A DNA stretch of 64,000 nt, taken from contig CALBHK010000018.1 of the NCBI GenBank assembly GCA_937894565.1, forward strand, positions 2,717 to 66,716. The letters run 5' to 3'. Each line of letters opens with the position of its first letter. The first letter of the stretch is position 1. This document shows, piece after piece, positions 25,060-35,114 of this stretch. A program made the translations under genes and the position numbers. This DNA comes from an uncultured Chlamydiae bacterium (GTDB lineage: Bacteria > Chlamydiota > Chlamydiia > Chlamydiales > CALBHK01). The notes under the pieces are model-generated. The model saw nothing but the letters and a program-made list of their open reading frames with translations, searched no databases and was not told the DNA's origin.

Positions 25060-25395
25060 GTGAAAGCATACGAACTTTATATTAGTGAACGTCTTGGACA
25101 ATCACTTCTAAATTTAGAGTGTGGTTTTGTCGCTTATAAGTGTTCTTTGCCTGAGTGCTTTATCAATGAGTTTTTTGTTTTGCCTGAATTTAGAAACAAG
25201 GGTGGAGCAGACGATTTATTGAATGGTCTTGAAAAAATAGCAATAGAAAATTCATGTGCATTTATTTCTGGTGTTGTATATGTCGATGATCCTGGATCAC
25301 ACAGAACCTTAAAGGCTGCGTTCAAGCGTGGTTTTAAAATTAAATCAGCACAAAACAATTCGTTAATCATAGTTAAAAAATTAGAGGGGGTTTAA
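25060..25395 (+). CDS. GNAT-family N-acetyltransferase
   Basis: 111 aa (GTG start). FVLPEFRNKGGADDLLNGLEKIA is the acetyl-CoA-binding motif A pattern. Confidence 0.6.
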   Translation: MKAYELYISERLGQSLLNLECGFVAYKCSLPECFINEFFVLPEFRNKGGADDLLNGLEKIAIENSCAFISGVVYVDDPGSHRTLKAAFKRGFKIKSAQNNSLIIVKKLEGV

Positions 25396-26013
25396 ATGGG
25401 CGGTGGCGGTGGAGTATTCGGCGGAGTTACTGAAGCATTATTCGGTGACGGCGGCGCAAGCGACGCGAGACGAGCACAAACAAACGCGTCTAATCAAGCA
25501 AACCAATTTTCTAAAGAAGCTTGGATTAAACAACAAGCCGAAATGGAGCCGTGGAAACAAGCCGGACTTAAGGCGCTTACTGCTTTACAAGATGGCTCAT
25601 TTTTTCAAAAAGATCCTGGTTATGATTTCAGACTTCAAGAAGGAAATAAGGCTATTGATGCGGCTTTAGCTTCTCGAGGCATGGGCAACAGTGGCGCAGC
25701 ATTAAAAGAGCTTTCACGATACGGACAAAACTTCGCATCGAATGAATATAACAATTCATGGAACAGAACGAATCAATTAGCAAATTACGGAAATCAAGCT
25801 TCGCAAGCTTTAGGAAACTTTGCTGGCGGTTATGGCTCGAACATGTCAAACAACGCGATCGGCTTAGGAAATGCGTTAGGCGCCTCATATATTGGTGAAG
25901 GAAATAGAAGTGCAAATCTAGCGACAGGACTTATTGGTGCTGGTGTTGCGGCCTACACTGGGATGCCGACGTCAGCTCCTAAATCCGCAAGCGGCAAATG
26001 GGAGACCGCATAA
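25396..26013 (+). CDS. internal virion / ejection protein candidate
   Basis: 205 aa, Gly/Asn/Ala-rich. First of three ORFs whose order and sizes (205/390/610 aa) recall P22 gp7/gp20/gp16. Confidence 0.4.
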   Translation: MGGGGGVFGGVTEALFGDGGASDARRAQTNASNQANQFSKEAWIKQQAEMEPWKQAGLKALTALQDGSFFQKDPGYDFRLQEGNKAIDAALASRGMGNSGAALKELSRYGQNFASNEYNNSWNRTNQLANYGNQASQALGNFAGGYGSNMSNNAIGLGNALGASYIGEGNRSANLATGLIGAGVAAYTGMPTSAPKSASGKWETA

Positions 26014-27185
26014 TGGCTCAGCTTGATGGTTCATTTTATTTACAATCGCAAGGGCCAGATGTCTTAGGCGGCTTTGAGCGTGGAATGCGCTTAGGAGAAA
26101 TGGTTCGTCAGCGTAAAGCTCAAGAATTAGAGCAACAAAAACAGAACGACATCAAAGACGCTTACAATTCAGGTTATGAAACGCGACCGGACGGCTCATC
26201 ATTCTTTAATCCTCAACGCGTTTCTGAATATTTAAAATCTAAGGGCTTAGGATTAGAAGCACAGAAATTCTCTTCTGATTATCAAGCACAGCAAGCGGCA
26301 CAATTGAAATCGCAATTAGACAATCAGTACAATCAAAGCGCTGTAGTTAGTTCATTGCTTGGAACTGTTCGAGATCAACAAACATACGACGCCGCAAAAG
26401 CTCAAGCGATGAAATTAGGAATACCCGGCGTCGATCAGCTTCCGCCTCAATATTCTCCACAAATTATTGATGGTTTGAAAGCTCAATACGGAAAAGGCTC
26501 AATGAGCTACAAAGATCAGCTTGATGATTCTCGCAAACGCGAAGAAGCACAGGCGCGACTTGCAGAGCTTCAAGACAAAAGAATCGAAAGAAAAGAAGCG
26601 GCAGCCAACAAGCTAACAGTTGGGCAAGAAGCAGCAGACCGAGAAATCGGAAAAGATTACGCCAACATGAGCGCAAACAATGCGTCATTTGAAAAGAATC
26701 TGCAAAGACTTAATGATGCAGAGGCTTTAATTAAGAAAAGACAAGAAGATTTTTCTCTAATTCCAACTTCTGGAAAAATAATCGGAAGAATTCCAGATTT
26801 TTTAACCCCAGAAGAAAACACTTTCATTAGACAAGAAGTTCAAGGCGCAGCTCAAAGCAGCTTGAAGGCCGCTTTAGGGTCACAGTTTACAGAAAAAGAG
26901 GGCGAAAGAATCATGGCGGCGGCTTATGACGAAAAACTTTCACCCGAAGCTAATTTAAAGAAGATTGCATTGGCTAAAAAAGAACTTCTTTCTTCAAAAG
27001 CACAAAAAGATGCAATGTTAAAAGAGTTTGAAAAATCTGGATCAATTTCAAAATTTAAATCTGGTCAGTCACAACAGGCTCTTGACCCACAAGACCAAGA
27101 GGCTTGGACATGGGCGCAACAAAACAAATCAGACCCACGGGCTCCACAAATTATCGAAAAGATAAAGGGCAAATATGGGCTTTAA
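26013..27185 (+). CDS. internal virion / ejection protein candidate
   Basis: ATG 26013 (TAATG overlap, GGGAGA upstream) is preferred over the track start 25998. Gln/Lys-rich and helical. Confidence 0.4.
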   Translation: MAQLDGSFYLQSQGPDVLGGFERGMRLGEMVRQRKAQELEQQKQNDIKDAYNSGYETRPDGSSFFNPQRVSEYLKSKGLGLEAQKFSSDYQAQQAAQLKSQLDNQYNQSAVVSSLLGTVRDQQTYDAAKAQAMKLGIPGVDQLPPQYSPQIIDGLKAQYGKGSMSYKDQLDDSRKREEAQARLAELQDKRIERKEAAANKLTVGQEAADREIGKDYANMSANNASFEKNLQRLNDAEALIKKRQEDFSLIPTSGKIIGRIPDFLTPEENTFIRQEVQGAAQSSLKAALGSQFTEKEGERIMAAAYDEKLSPEANLKKIALAKKELLSSKAQKDAMLKEFEKSGSISKFKSGQSQQALDPQDQEAWTWAQQNKSDPRAPQIIEKIKGKYGL

Positions 27186-29007
27186 TCCTGACGAGTATTT
27201 AAAACAAGGTTCAAAATCTAGTTTTAATCCCGATGCTTATTTATCTGAAGAAATGCCTGCGAATAAACCCCAAAAAACAATTAATGAATCGGCAGCTCGG
27301 GGGGCGCTTCAGGGTGCGACCGCTGGTTTTAGCGATGAGGCAAGTGGTGCAATTGATGCCGCTTCAGAGAACACGTTTCTCGAAAAGCTTCCGGAAGTTG
27401 CAAAAGTCGGTTTAGCAATGGGATTTCCACTTGCATTGATTACTGAAAACGCAAAACAGCTAATAACAGGAGAAAAAACCTGGGATGATTTAAAAGCTTC
27501 ATACATTTCAGGACGAGAGTCTTCTCGCGCAGAAAATGCAAAAGCTCAGCAAGATAATCCTATAACCTATGGCGCATCAAACCTATACGGAGCAATCCTG
27601 TCTCCTGCTAATAAAATAGTTGGTGGACTTTCGGCGGCAAAACAAGGCTTTGCATTGGGTGGACTTTATGGAATGGGGACAAGTGACGCCGAAGATATTC
27701 CAGAAATAGCCGCAGACACCGTAAAGGGAGCGGCGATTGGGGCAACACTCGGAAAGACACTAGACGTTGCTGCTCCATACATCGCAAAGGGTGCCAACAA
27801 GATTGGGAACTCGTTTACCAATAAAGCGGAGCAGTTAGCGGAAAATGCAACAGGGGCGACGCGAGTACAGGCAGAAAAGTTTAAGGACGGCACGGGCAGA
27901 TTTCTTCTAGATAAAAAAATAGTTCAGTTTGGTGATGATGCCGAAAAAATCGCAGAGCGAGCTGGCTCTGAAATCGGACAAGCAGAAAAAAATATCGATG
28001 GCGCTTTAAAAGCTTTCGATAAAAAAGGCGTTCAAATTCAAACTCAATCAATTATTGATGATTTGACAGCACAAGCAAACTCACTGAAAAAAGATCCGTC
28101 ACAAGCAGATATTGTTAGAAAAATCGAGTCAATCGTTGATGATATAAAAGCAACCGGATCGGATTATGTTAGTCCGTCAATGGCTGAAAAAATCAAGCGG
28201 GGTTTTAATCGTGGCGCAAAAAACTGGTTAAATCCAGAACAAGGACAAGCGTCTAAGGTTGCATATAGAGCTTATCGTGACGCTGTTGAAGACGCTGCAA
28301 AAAATGCTGATTCAGAAATCTATAGTCAATTTTTTGAAGGCAAAAAAACTTTTGGAACATTGGCGCCAGTTGTTGATGCCGCAGAAAAAAGAGCTCTACA
28401 GCTAAACCAATCACCGCTTGGCGGTTTTGCTGACGCTGTTACGGCTGGAGTTAGTACAGCGGGCGGCCCAGCAACAACGGTCGGTATTCCTGTTGCTAGA
28501 AGATTGTTGTCTCCGAGACTTTCATCAAGCGCAGCCGTCGCTCTCGATAAAACAGGAAAAGCTCTCAAAAACATTTCTCCATCACCAGCCCCGGCAGCCC
28601 AGCAGACCGCGAGAGTTGTTTCAATCGATTCAACAAGACCCCAATTAAAAGGCGTTGAAAAATGGTTGTTTGATGGAATCGAAAAGGTTGCCTCTATTGA
28701 TCCGACTATTGATAAACAGTTTTTGCAGTCTTACAAAAGCACAAAAAAAGGCAGAGACGCAATGATTCGCGCTAGTGAATTGAAGCCAAACTCTCCGTCT
28801 CTACAAAGAACAGTCGACCAAATAAAATCATCTGAAGAGTACAAAAAATTCATCAAAGAAAAAGAAAAGCAAGTTCAAGCAAAAGAACCAGATCAAGCAG
28901 CGGCACCTAAAATTAAATTTCCTTTAGTCGTTCAAAAGGACGGCTATACCGCAGTTGTTCGAAATGCTGATGAATTATCAGAGGCAAAATCAGAGGGCTG
29001 GGCATGA
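27175..29007 (+). CDS. internal virion / ejection protein candidate (610 aa)
   Basis: Large Ala/Gly/Lys-rich protein in the position and size of P22 gp16. Confidence 0.4.
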   Translation: MGFNPDEYLKQGSKSSFNPDAYLSEEMPANKPQKTINESAARGALQGATAGFSDEASGAIDAASENTFLEKLPEVAKVGLAMGFPLALITENAKQLITGEKTWDDLKASYISGRESSRAENAKAQQDNPITYGASNLYGAILSPANKIVGGLSAAKQGFALGGLYGMGTSDAEDIPEIAADTVKGAAIGATLGKTLDVAAPYIAKGANKIGNSFTNKAEQLAENATGATRVQAEKFKDGTGRFLLDKKIVQFGDDAEKIAERAGSEIGQAEKNIDGALKAFDKKGVQIQTQSIIDDLTAQANSLKKDPSQADIVRKIESIVDDIKATGSDYVSPSMAEKIKRGFNRGAKNWLNPEQGQASKVAYRAYRDAVEDAAKNADSEIYSQFFEGKKTFGTLAPVVDAAEKRALQLNQSPLGGFADAVTAGVSTAGGPATTVGIPVARRLLSPRLSSSAAVALDKTGKALKNISPSPAPAAQQTARVVSIDSTRPQLKGVEKWLFDGIEKVASIDPTIDKQFLQSYKSTKKGRDAMIRASELKPNSPSLQRTVDQIKSSEEYKKFIKEKEKQVQAKEPDQAAAPKIKFPLVVQKDGYTAVVRNADELSEAKSEGWA

Positions 29008-29849
29008 GCTGGAAATCGACGATCGCTAAAAAACAAACATGGAAAGACTCAATTATGAGATCTAAACCAGTGACCGCCGAAGAAATGAAAGCGGATGTTT
29101 TAAAGCTTGTCATGCCTGAGATCAAAGAAAAAACTTCTTGGAAAAACACATTATCAATCGTTCCTAAAAATGGTTTGGACGGAAAAAACGGAAAAGACGG
29201 TAAGCGAGGACCTAAAGGCGACAAAGGCGATCAGGGCCCGCAAGGACAAGCCGGAAAAGACGGGATCAATGGCATCGATGGCAAAAATGGAATCGATGGT
29301 CGAGACGGTGCGACTTGGCACTTAGTTTCTGACGAGCCCGAAGACATCGGAATGAATGGCGACTTTGCTTTCGATAAATCTAATCTTGAAATCTATTTCA
29401 AAGCAGACGGCGAATGGCAATCATTAGGCTCAATAAAAAGCGAAAATAAAACGGCTTTTGTAGGCGGCCTAAATGGTTCCAATGGTCTGTCAGCTTACGA
29501 GGTAGCTGTCAAAAATGGATTTGTAGGCACAGAGCAAGAGTGGCTCGATTCTCTGCAGGGTTCTGGCGGCGGAGGAGGAACTAGCCGCATCGTGAACACG
29601 ATAACAACGAACACAACTTTAGCAGCAGCATTGAACACTGATTACATTTATTTTGTTGATAATGCCGTGACTGCGACCATGCCGACTGCAATCGGAAATG
29701 AAAATCAATATTTCATAAAGGCCATTAGTTCAACGGCGCTTGTAGATTTTTCTCTAGGTCAGACTGGAGACGGTTCATCAACGCTTTCGCTTTTAGAAAA
29801 CGATTCAATAACTTTAATCAGCGATGGCGCGAATTGGAGGATAATCTAA
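29004..29849 (+). CDS. collagen-like repeat tail fibre protein
   Basis: 281 aa with 16 uninterrupted G-X-Y triplets (GLDGKNGKDGKRGPKGDKGDQGPQGQAGKDGINGIDGKNGIDGRDGAT), nt 29172-29315. Confidence 0.65.
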   Translation: MSWKSTIAKKQTWKDSIMRSKPVTAEEMKADVLKLVMPEIKEKTSWKNTLSIVPKNGLDGKNGKDGKRGPKGDKGDQGPQGQAGKDGINGIDGKNGIDGRDGATWHLVSDEPEDIGMNGDFAFDKSNLEIYFKADGEWQSLGSIKSENKTAFVGGLNGSNGLSAYEVAVKNGFVGTEQEWLDSLQGSGGGGGTSRIVNTITTNTTLAAALNTDYIYFVDNAVTATMPTAIGNENQYFIKAISSTALVDFSLGQTGDGSSTLSLLENDSITLISDGANWRII

Positions 29850-30136
29850 TGACTTATTTTCCACGTTATCCAAACGGCGCAAGAACTACAGCGGAGTCTC
29901 AAACTATAAACATCGCAACCGATCAACTTCCAGCGGGATACGCGCAACGGGTCGACGAGGTTTCTGCGAGTGAAATTTATATCGGTTACGCACCAGCGGG
30001 ATCAACAACGTCTGACAGTGTTTGGATGATTAAAAAAATTGAAGTTGTTGGAACAGAAACAATAATTACTTGGGCAGAGGCTGGAATATTTCCCGGTTTA
30101 GTTTGGGACGACAGACTTGGTTACACTTATGAATAG
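29849..30136 (+). CDS. hypothetical virion protein
   Basis: ATG 29849 (TAATG overlap) is preferred over the track start 29834. 95 aa. Confidence 0.45.
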   Translation: MTYFPRYPNGARTTAESQTINIATDQLPAGYAQRVDEVSASEIYIGYAPAGSTTSDSVWMIKKIEVVGTETIITWAEAGIFPGLVWDDRLGYTYE

Positions 30137-30164
30137 AGGAATTTAAAAAACATTAACAACTATT

Positions 30165-30188
30165 GCCTGATAACTACGGGCCTAGGAG
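30165..30188 (+). promoter_or_regulatory. leader hairpin GCCTG-ATAACTA-CGGGC followed by CTAGGAG Shine-Dalgarno
   Basis: Second copy of the structure at 20702-20725. 6-nt spacer to ATG 30195. Confidence 0.55.
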
Positions 30189-30194
30189 TAAAGA

Positions 30195-30623
30195 ATGAGT
30201 AAAGCAAATGGATTTGAGAATGATGTTGTAGCGTTAACTTTTAACAAAAGTTTAGCGTCACATCTTGGAACTTTAGCAACAACTGGGAACACTGATTTAT
30301 ATGTCAGCCTTCACACGGGTGATCCAGGCGAGTCGGGCAATCAGACAACAAGTGAGTGCGCTTATGGTGCATACGCTCGTGTTGCCGTTGTTCGCACGTC
30401 TTCTGGTTGGACGGTTTCAGGAAACCAAGTTCAGAACACAGCGGTTATCAATTTCCCAGAATGCACATCTGGATCTGAGGTTGTTTCACACTTCGCAATT
30501 GGAACAGCGTCTAGTTCTACTGGACAAATTCTTTACAAAGGCGCTCTGACTGCATCTCGCACGGTTTCGTCTGGGATCACGTTACAGTTTCCAGCTACAT
30601 CGATCACAATTACAGAGGACTAA
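30195..30623 (+). CDS. conserved virion-associated protein (homologue of 56784..57224)
   Basis: 142 aa. YARVAV, NTAVINFP and LTASRTV motifs are shared with the region B protein. Confidence 0.55.
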   Translation: MSKANGFENDVVALTFNKSLASHLGTLATTGNTDLYVSLHTGDPGESGNQTTSECAYGAYARVAVVRTSSGWTVSGNQVQNTAVINFPECTSGSEVVSHFAIGTASSSTGQILYKGALTASRTVSSGITLQFPATSITITED

Positions 30624-30839
30624 ATGACGAATCAAGAAATGGTTTTAGCATTAAGAGGAACTCGAGATCAAAAGCAAATGCTTTATGATTATTTTTTTGA
30701 ACGCATCGCTCAGGGCGAGTCGCTTGATGAGAGTGAAATTCCTTTATTTGAGGCGGCTCGAAAAGCTTTATCAGAAAAACAAGCTAAAATTGTCACCATG
30801 TCGGGATCTGCTACTGGATCAAGTGGGGCTGTGGGATGA
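30624..30839 (+). CDS. hypothetical protein
   Basis: 71-aa ORF, adjacent and overlapping in the operon. Confidence 0.45.
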   Translation: MTNQEMVLALRGTRDQKQMLYDYFFERIAQGESLDESEIPLFEAARKALSEKQAKIVTMSGSATGSSGAVG

Positions 30840-31711
30840 TTCGAGGCGTTTGGGACTTAGTACAGGCGGTTGACAACGGAAGAACTAATTATTCTTCATG
30901 GCGTAAAACACCATCGCAAATTAACACTGCCTCAAACTGGTTTGATTTATCAATGAGTCCCGGCAACCCGATCCCTCAATATTATGCAGCATCACCATTA
31001 ATTGCGCAGCAAATGAAAAGATCAACGGACGGCGGAATAAATCACGGATCTTCTGTCTCGTCTGGCGATTATCAAAAGTATTTAAAAACTTTTAAAGTCA
31101 CGTATGGCTCTGCGACGGGCTTACCGATGCCTTATGTTTTGTGTGATTATCTTTTGTATTATCCATTTGTCGATATGGGGACGAACGACGAACAAATAAT
31201 GGACAACACTTTAGCGCTGCCAAGATATACGGACGGCGTTGGTGTTCAGATGATGGCCGTATCTGTCGCGGCGGGCACATCTTTATCGCCACGATTTACA
31301 GTGAATTATACAAACTCTGACGGCGTTTCTGGGCGTACAAGTAAAACAGTGACGATGAGTCTAGCGACTGCAAACGGTTCAATTTTAAATTGTCATCATG
31401 GACTTAACACTGTGATCGGAAGTGTCCCTTTCATTGGGCTTCAAACCGGTGACAAGGGCGTTAGATCAATAGAGTCCGTGACATTTCCTTCGACTTTAGA
31501 TGTGGGATTATTTGCTTTGGTTTTGGTTAAACCATTAATGACTGGAACTATTTTCGAGACAACATCGCCAAGTGAAACGGAGTTGATAGTGCATCAATCT
31601 CAGCTCCCTAAAATTTATGATGATGCTTATTTAAATTTATTGGTGTGTCCGAGTGCCGCAATTAACGGGTTAACTTTTTTCGGAGACATCGAAACGGTAT
31701 GGAACAAATAG
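30836..31711 (+). CDS. virion protein, function unknown
   Basis: 291-aa ORF with ATGA overlap. Confidence 0.5.
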   Translation: MIRGVWDLVQAVDNGRTNYSSWRKTPSQINTASNWFDLSMSPGNPIPQYYAASPLIAQQMKRSTDGGINHGSSVSSGDYQKYLKTFKVTYGSATGLPMPYVLCDYLLYYPFVDMGTNDEQIMDNTLALPRYTDGVGVQMMAVSVAAGTSLSPRFTVNYTNSDGVSGRTSKTVTMSLATANGSILNCHHGLNTVIGSVPFIGLQTGDKGVRSIESVTFPSTLDVGLFALVLVKPLMTGTIFETTSPSETELIVHQSQLPKIYDDAYLNLLVCPSAAINGLTFFGDIETVWNK

Positions 31712-31720
31712 GAGTATAGT

Positions 31721-32878
31721 ATGGCAGGTTTTACATCTTTTGACGACATGATACAACAGGCGACGGTAAACGGGCGAAGCTTGCGAGTTGATTGGAATAA
31801 GAACTTTTTACCAACAACAGCGGCCACAGCGAGTGAGTGTCATTTCTTGGCCCGTGGTGCTGGAAATCCTGGTGCTGATTCACTTTTCAACACAGGAACT
31901 AACTTACTATTTCAGCCAGTAACATCATCAACGGCGAACGCATCACCGATTTTATCGGGCGACAGCGTAAGTCCGTATTATAAATACATTGCAAATGCCT
32001 CTGCGTGGTCAACAGCAGCAACAACAGCGCCATGTATTTTAACTTTAGTTGATTTGGTTGGTTTCTATCGAGTGACATCTGTTACGACGACGACAGCGCA
32101 ATCAACGACAAACACATTAGCATCATTTAGCACGTTCACGGCTGATGCTTCGACTGATGTTTGTACTCATTCAAATATCAACTTGATGCCTTACACGAGA
32201 GTAAGATTAACAACAACAACAACCTTGCCCGGTGGTTTGGCCACCGCAACAGATTACTATGTAATTAAAGTAACAGATACGACAATAAAGCTAGCCACAT
32301 CTTACGCGAATGCGGTCGCTGGTACTGCGATTAACATTACTGACGCAGGAACCGGAACACACACGATTAACACTCTACTACCTCGATATACAAATGGCGC
32401 TGGATTGCAGTCGATAATTTGGAATACAAACGCGACGCCTCTGGGTGCTGCAACTCCGAACTTGTCTTTGGGTTATACGAATGAACAGCAAACAGCATCG
32501 CGTGCAACACCGACAACGTTGCCAGTTGGGAAGACAACACCAGCCAATGGCTTGATTTTATATTCAGGAACTGGATCAGGTAAGTACAACCCATATATGC
32601 CTCGTCAGGGTGGTGATGGTGGGATCGCACAAATCGACACAATTCAAAACTCTACCTCATACGTGTCTGGTGAATACTCAGTCGGCCTTGTAAAGCCTTT
32701 GTTTAATTTACCGATCACGACTTTGGGTATCGCATCAGAGCGTGAGTTTTTATCCCAGGTTCCTGGTGGATTGCCGCGCATTTACGACGGCGCGGCTCTG
32801 TACTGGATACTTAACTCAGGCGCTGCGACTCCGGTCAACTCGGCTTTCGTTGGTCATTTTGACGTGGTATGGGGCTGA
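31721..32878 (+). CDS. virion protein, function unknown
   Basis: 385 aa, Thr/Ala-rich. GGAG upstream. Confidence 0.5.
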   Translation: MAGFTSFDDMIQQATVNGRSLRVDWNKNFLPTTAATASECHFLARGAGNPGADSLFNTGTNLLFQPVTSSTANASPILSGDSVSPYYKYIANASAWSTAATTAPCILTLVDLVGFYRVTSVTTTTAQSTTNTLASFSTFTADASTDVCTHSNINLMPYTRVRLTTTTTLPGGLATATDYYVIKVTDTTIKLATSYANAVAGTAINITDAGTGTHTINTLLPRYTNGAGLQSIIWNTNATPLGAATPNLSLGYTNEQQTASRATPTTLPVGKTTPANGLILYSGTGSGKYNPYMPRQGGDGGIAQIDTIQNSTSYVSGEYSVGLVKPLFNLPITTLGIASEREFLSQVPGGLPRIYDGAALYWILNSGAATPVNSAFVGHFDVVWG

Positions 32879-32883
32879 TCTAG

Positions 32884-33669
32884 ATGGCATTAATTGGAAA
32901 CCAAACAATCTTAAATAAATCGTTTCAAAGGGTTCACGGGGGGACAACAACCGCGCTTTCAAATCACGGCAATACTAAAGCGTTAAGCCTTTCGACGAAT
33001 ATTTTAAGAGCGCGCGGACAACTCCAATTTAATAAGTCCTCAATTCCAGGAACTGGTTACGGTCCCGGGTCGGCGTTCATGCTACCGATTAAAGGCGGTG
33101 AACTTGGGCCGAGAAGAAATGTTGAGGGCGTTGCAACGGTAACAGGTGCGGCTTTAAGTGCAAAGATTGCGGCTCTGGATTCGATTGCCGGTGTTGCAAC
33201 AGTAACAGGATCGGCGAACGCTGTTGGCTTGGTTGAAATCGAAGCGTCTGCCGCAGGCAGCGCAACGGTAACGGCTGACACGATTGTCACCTCGTCAATG
33301 AGTGCAACTGTGGCGGGTGCTGCGACTGTTGTGGCTAACCTTGGTGCGATCATTCCAATTGAGGCGTCAGCCGCCGGTATTGCGTCCTCTTCTGTGAATT
33401 TAAAAGGTACGGGACGACTTGGCGGAACCATTTCAATCGGTGCGTCTGGGTATTTATCAAATGATGATGTTGAGCGCTTGGCGGCTGCTGTTTGGGAAGC
33501 GATTTTAGCAGATCATGCCACTGCGGGGACCACTGGAAAAGCGTTATCAGACGCGGGCGGAGCCGGAAACCCTTGGTCATCAGAGCTTTCATCAAACAAC
33601 GATCCAAATACTTTCGGCGAACGAATACAAAAACTTTTAACTAAGGGTCAATTTTTAGGACTTAAATAG
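32884..33669 (+). CDS. virion protein with Ala/Thr/Val-rich degenerate repeats
   Basis: 261 aa. Repeated (V/I)AGVATVTGxA-type segments, then AAAVWEAILADHATAGTTGKALSDAG. Confidence 0.5.
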   Translation: MALIGNQTILNKSFQRVHGGTTTALSNHGNTKALSLSTNILRARGQLQFNKSSIPGTGYGPGSAFMLPIKGGELGPRRNVEGVATVTGAALSAKIAALDSIAGVATVTGSANAVGLVEIEASAAGSATVTADTIVTSSMSATVAGAATVVANLGAIIPIEASAAGIASSSVNLKGTGRLGGTISIGASGYLSNDDVERLAAAVWEAILADHATAGTTGKALSDAGGAGNPWSSELSSNNDPNTFGERIQKLLTKGQFLGLK

Positions 33670-33677
33670 AGGAAAAA

Positions 33678-34874
33678 ATGGCGATTTTAGCACCACAAAT
33701 TCAACAAAAATTCACCGATGACAGTGGCGCTCCTCTCGTCGGTGGAAAAGTTTACACCTATGAAGCTGGAACAACGACGCCGCTTGAGACTTACACCGAT
33801 GCGACAGAGGACACAGCAAATGCTAATCCGATCATATTGGACTCTAACGGCGCTTGCGACATGTGGCTTGGCTCCCGCGCTTACAAGTTTGTCATAACTG
33901 ACTCTTCGGACGTAACTCTAAAAACAACAGACAACGTCAATCAAGCATCTGAAAACACAGAGTCAAGCCCGGATCTTTTGCAAAATTTTGGATTGAGCGC
34001 ATCAACTGGGTCAAGTGCATTAACGATAAACCTAACAAACTCGACAGGTGCCGATCCTACCGCTCTTAGTCCGGTAACTGTGGGGTTTCGCTCTACAACA
34101 TTATCTAGCGGATTAACTTCGGTGTTAACTGTTGGTTCGTCTTTAGGGATGGTTGTTTCAAGTGGTTCAACTTTGGGCCATGCAAACGGCGTCACTGATT
34201 ATATTTATGTATACTTATTAAATTACAACGGCGTAGCTGAAATGGCGGTTTCATCAACTCTTTATCCTGAAACTGGGCTCTATACCACTGTGGCTGAGGG
34301 TGCAAGCGGCGCGGCTGATTCTCGGTCACCGATCTACTCAATTGCAGCTAGAACAAATGTCCCGATAAGAGTTGTTGGAAGATTAACGGTAAATCAAGCA
34401 ACTGCCGGAACGTGGTCAACGGCACCATCTCAAATTCAAGCGGGGGCAATTAGTCAAATATTTTACTCTAGCACAGTGTCAGAGGGGACGTGGACGCCTG
34501 CTTGGTCCTTCGGCGGAGGCAGCACCGGAATGACGTTTAGTGTTCAAAGTGGATATTACTTTAAGACCGGAAGAATGGTGACGTGTTGGGGATGGTTGAC
34601 CTTTACCTCTCGTGGATCATCAACTGGTTCGGCAAAGCTAACGGGCCTTCCTTTTACGAGTGTTAACAATGCAAATTATGGAAGTTCTGCGGCGATTGTT
34701 TTTTCAAGCTGGTCCGGTTCCACCGGGACGATGACTGGCTATGTTAATTCAAACTCAACGGATGCGACGATTTTAAAAAGCCCATCTGGGGTTGGGTCAT
34801 CTTCTGCGCTTTCATCTGGCGACATGAGTGACAACTCTATTTTTACATTTTCGTTTACTTATTTAACGGCCTAG
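33678..34874 (+). CDS. tail fibre / receptor-binding protein, paralogue 1
   Basis: 398 aa. The N-terminal ~230 aa are clearly homologous to 35115..36392 (MAILAPQIQQKF...GGKVYTYEAGTTTP...). The C-terminus is different. Confidence 0.65.
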   Translation: MAILAPQIQQKFTDDSGAPLVGGKVYTYEAGTTTPLETYTDATEDTANANPIILDSNGACDMWLGSRAYKFVITDSSDVTLKTTDNVNQASENTESSPDLLQNFGLSASTGSSALTINLTNSTGADPTALSPVTVGFRSTTLSSGLTSVLTVGSSLGMVVSSGSTLGHANGVTDYIYVYLLNYNGVAEMAVSSTLYPETGLYTTVAEGASGAADSRSPIYSIAARTNVPIRVVGRLTVNQATAGTWSTAPSQIQAGAISQIFYSSTVSEGTWTPAWSFGGGSTGMTFSVQSGYYFKTGRMVTCWGWLTFTSRGSSTGSAKLTGLPFTSVNNANYGSSAAIVFSSWSGSTGTMTGYVNSNSTDATILKSPSGVGSSSALSSGDMSDNSIFTFSFTYLTA

Positions 34875-34883
34875 GGGGAGCGC

Positions 34884-35114
34884 ATGGATGCGATCACAGA
34901 AAAAACAAAAATACCACTGTTTACGTTATTTTCGATAGGCCCTGTTGTGATCGGATTCATTGTTTGGATTTCGATGCTTTATTCGAATGTTTCCGCAAAC
35001 ACACAAGACATTCAAGATTTAAAACAAGAAAAAAAAGATATGGTTCACGAATTAAAAGAAATCAACAAGTCGTTAGTAGAAATAAAAACGACTTTAAAAA
35101 TTAAGGAGCCTTAA
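34884..35114 (+). CDS. small membrane/coiled-coil protein between the fibre paralogues
   Basis: 76 aa. TM segment LFTLFSIGPVVIGFIVWISML, then a charged helix. Confidence 0.45.
   Translation: MDAITEKTKIPLFTLFSIGPVVIGFIVWISMLYSNVSANTQDIQDLKQEKKDMVHELKEINKSLVEIKTTLKIKEP

Noticed and set aside
25403-25669. 88-aa +1-frame ORF nested in 25396..26013
   Set aside because: It has no independent start context or motif. The 205-aa frame abuts the upstream stop (25395) and is coupled downstream by a TAATG overlap.
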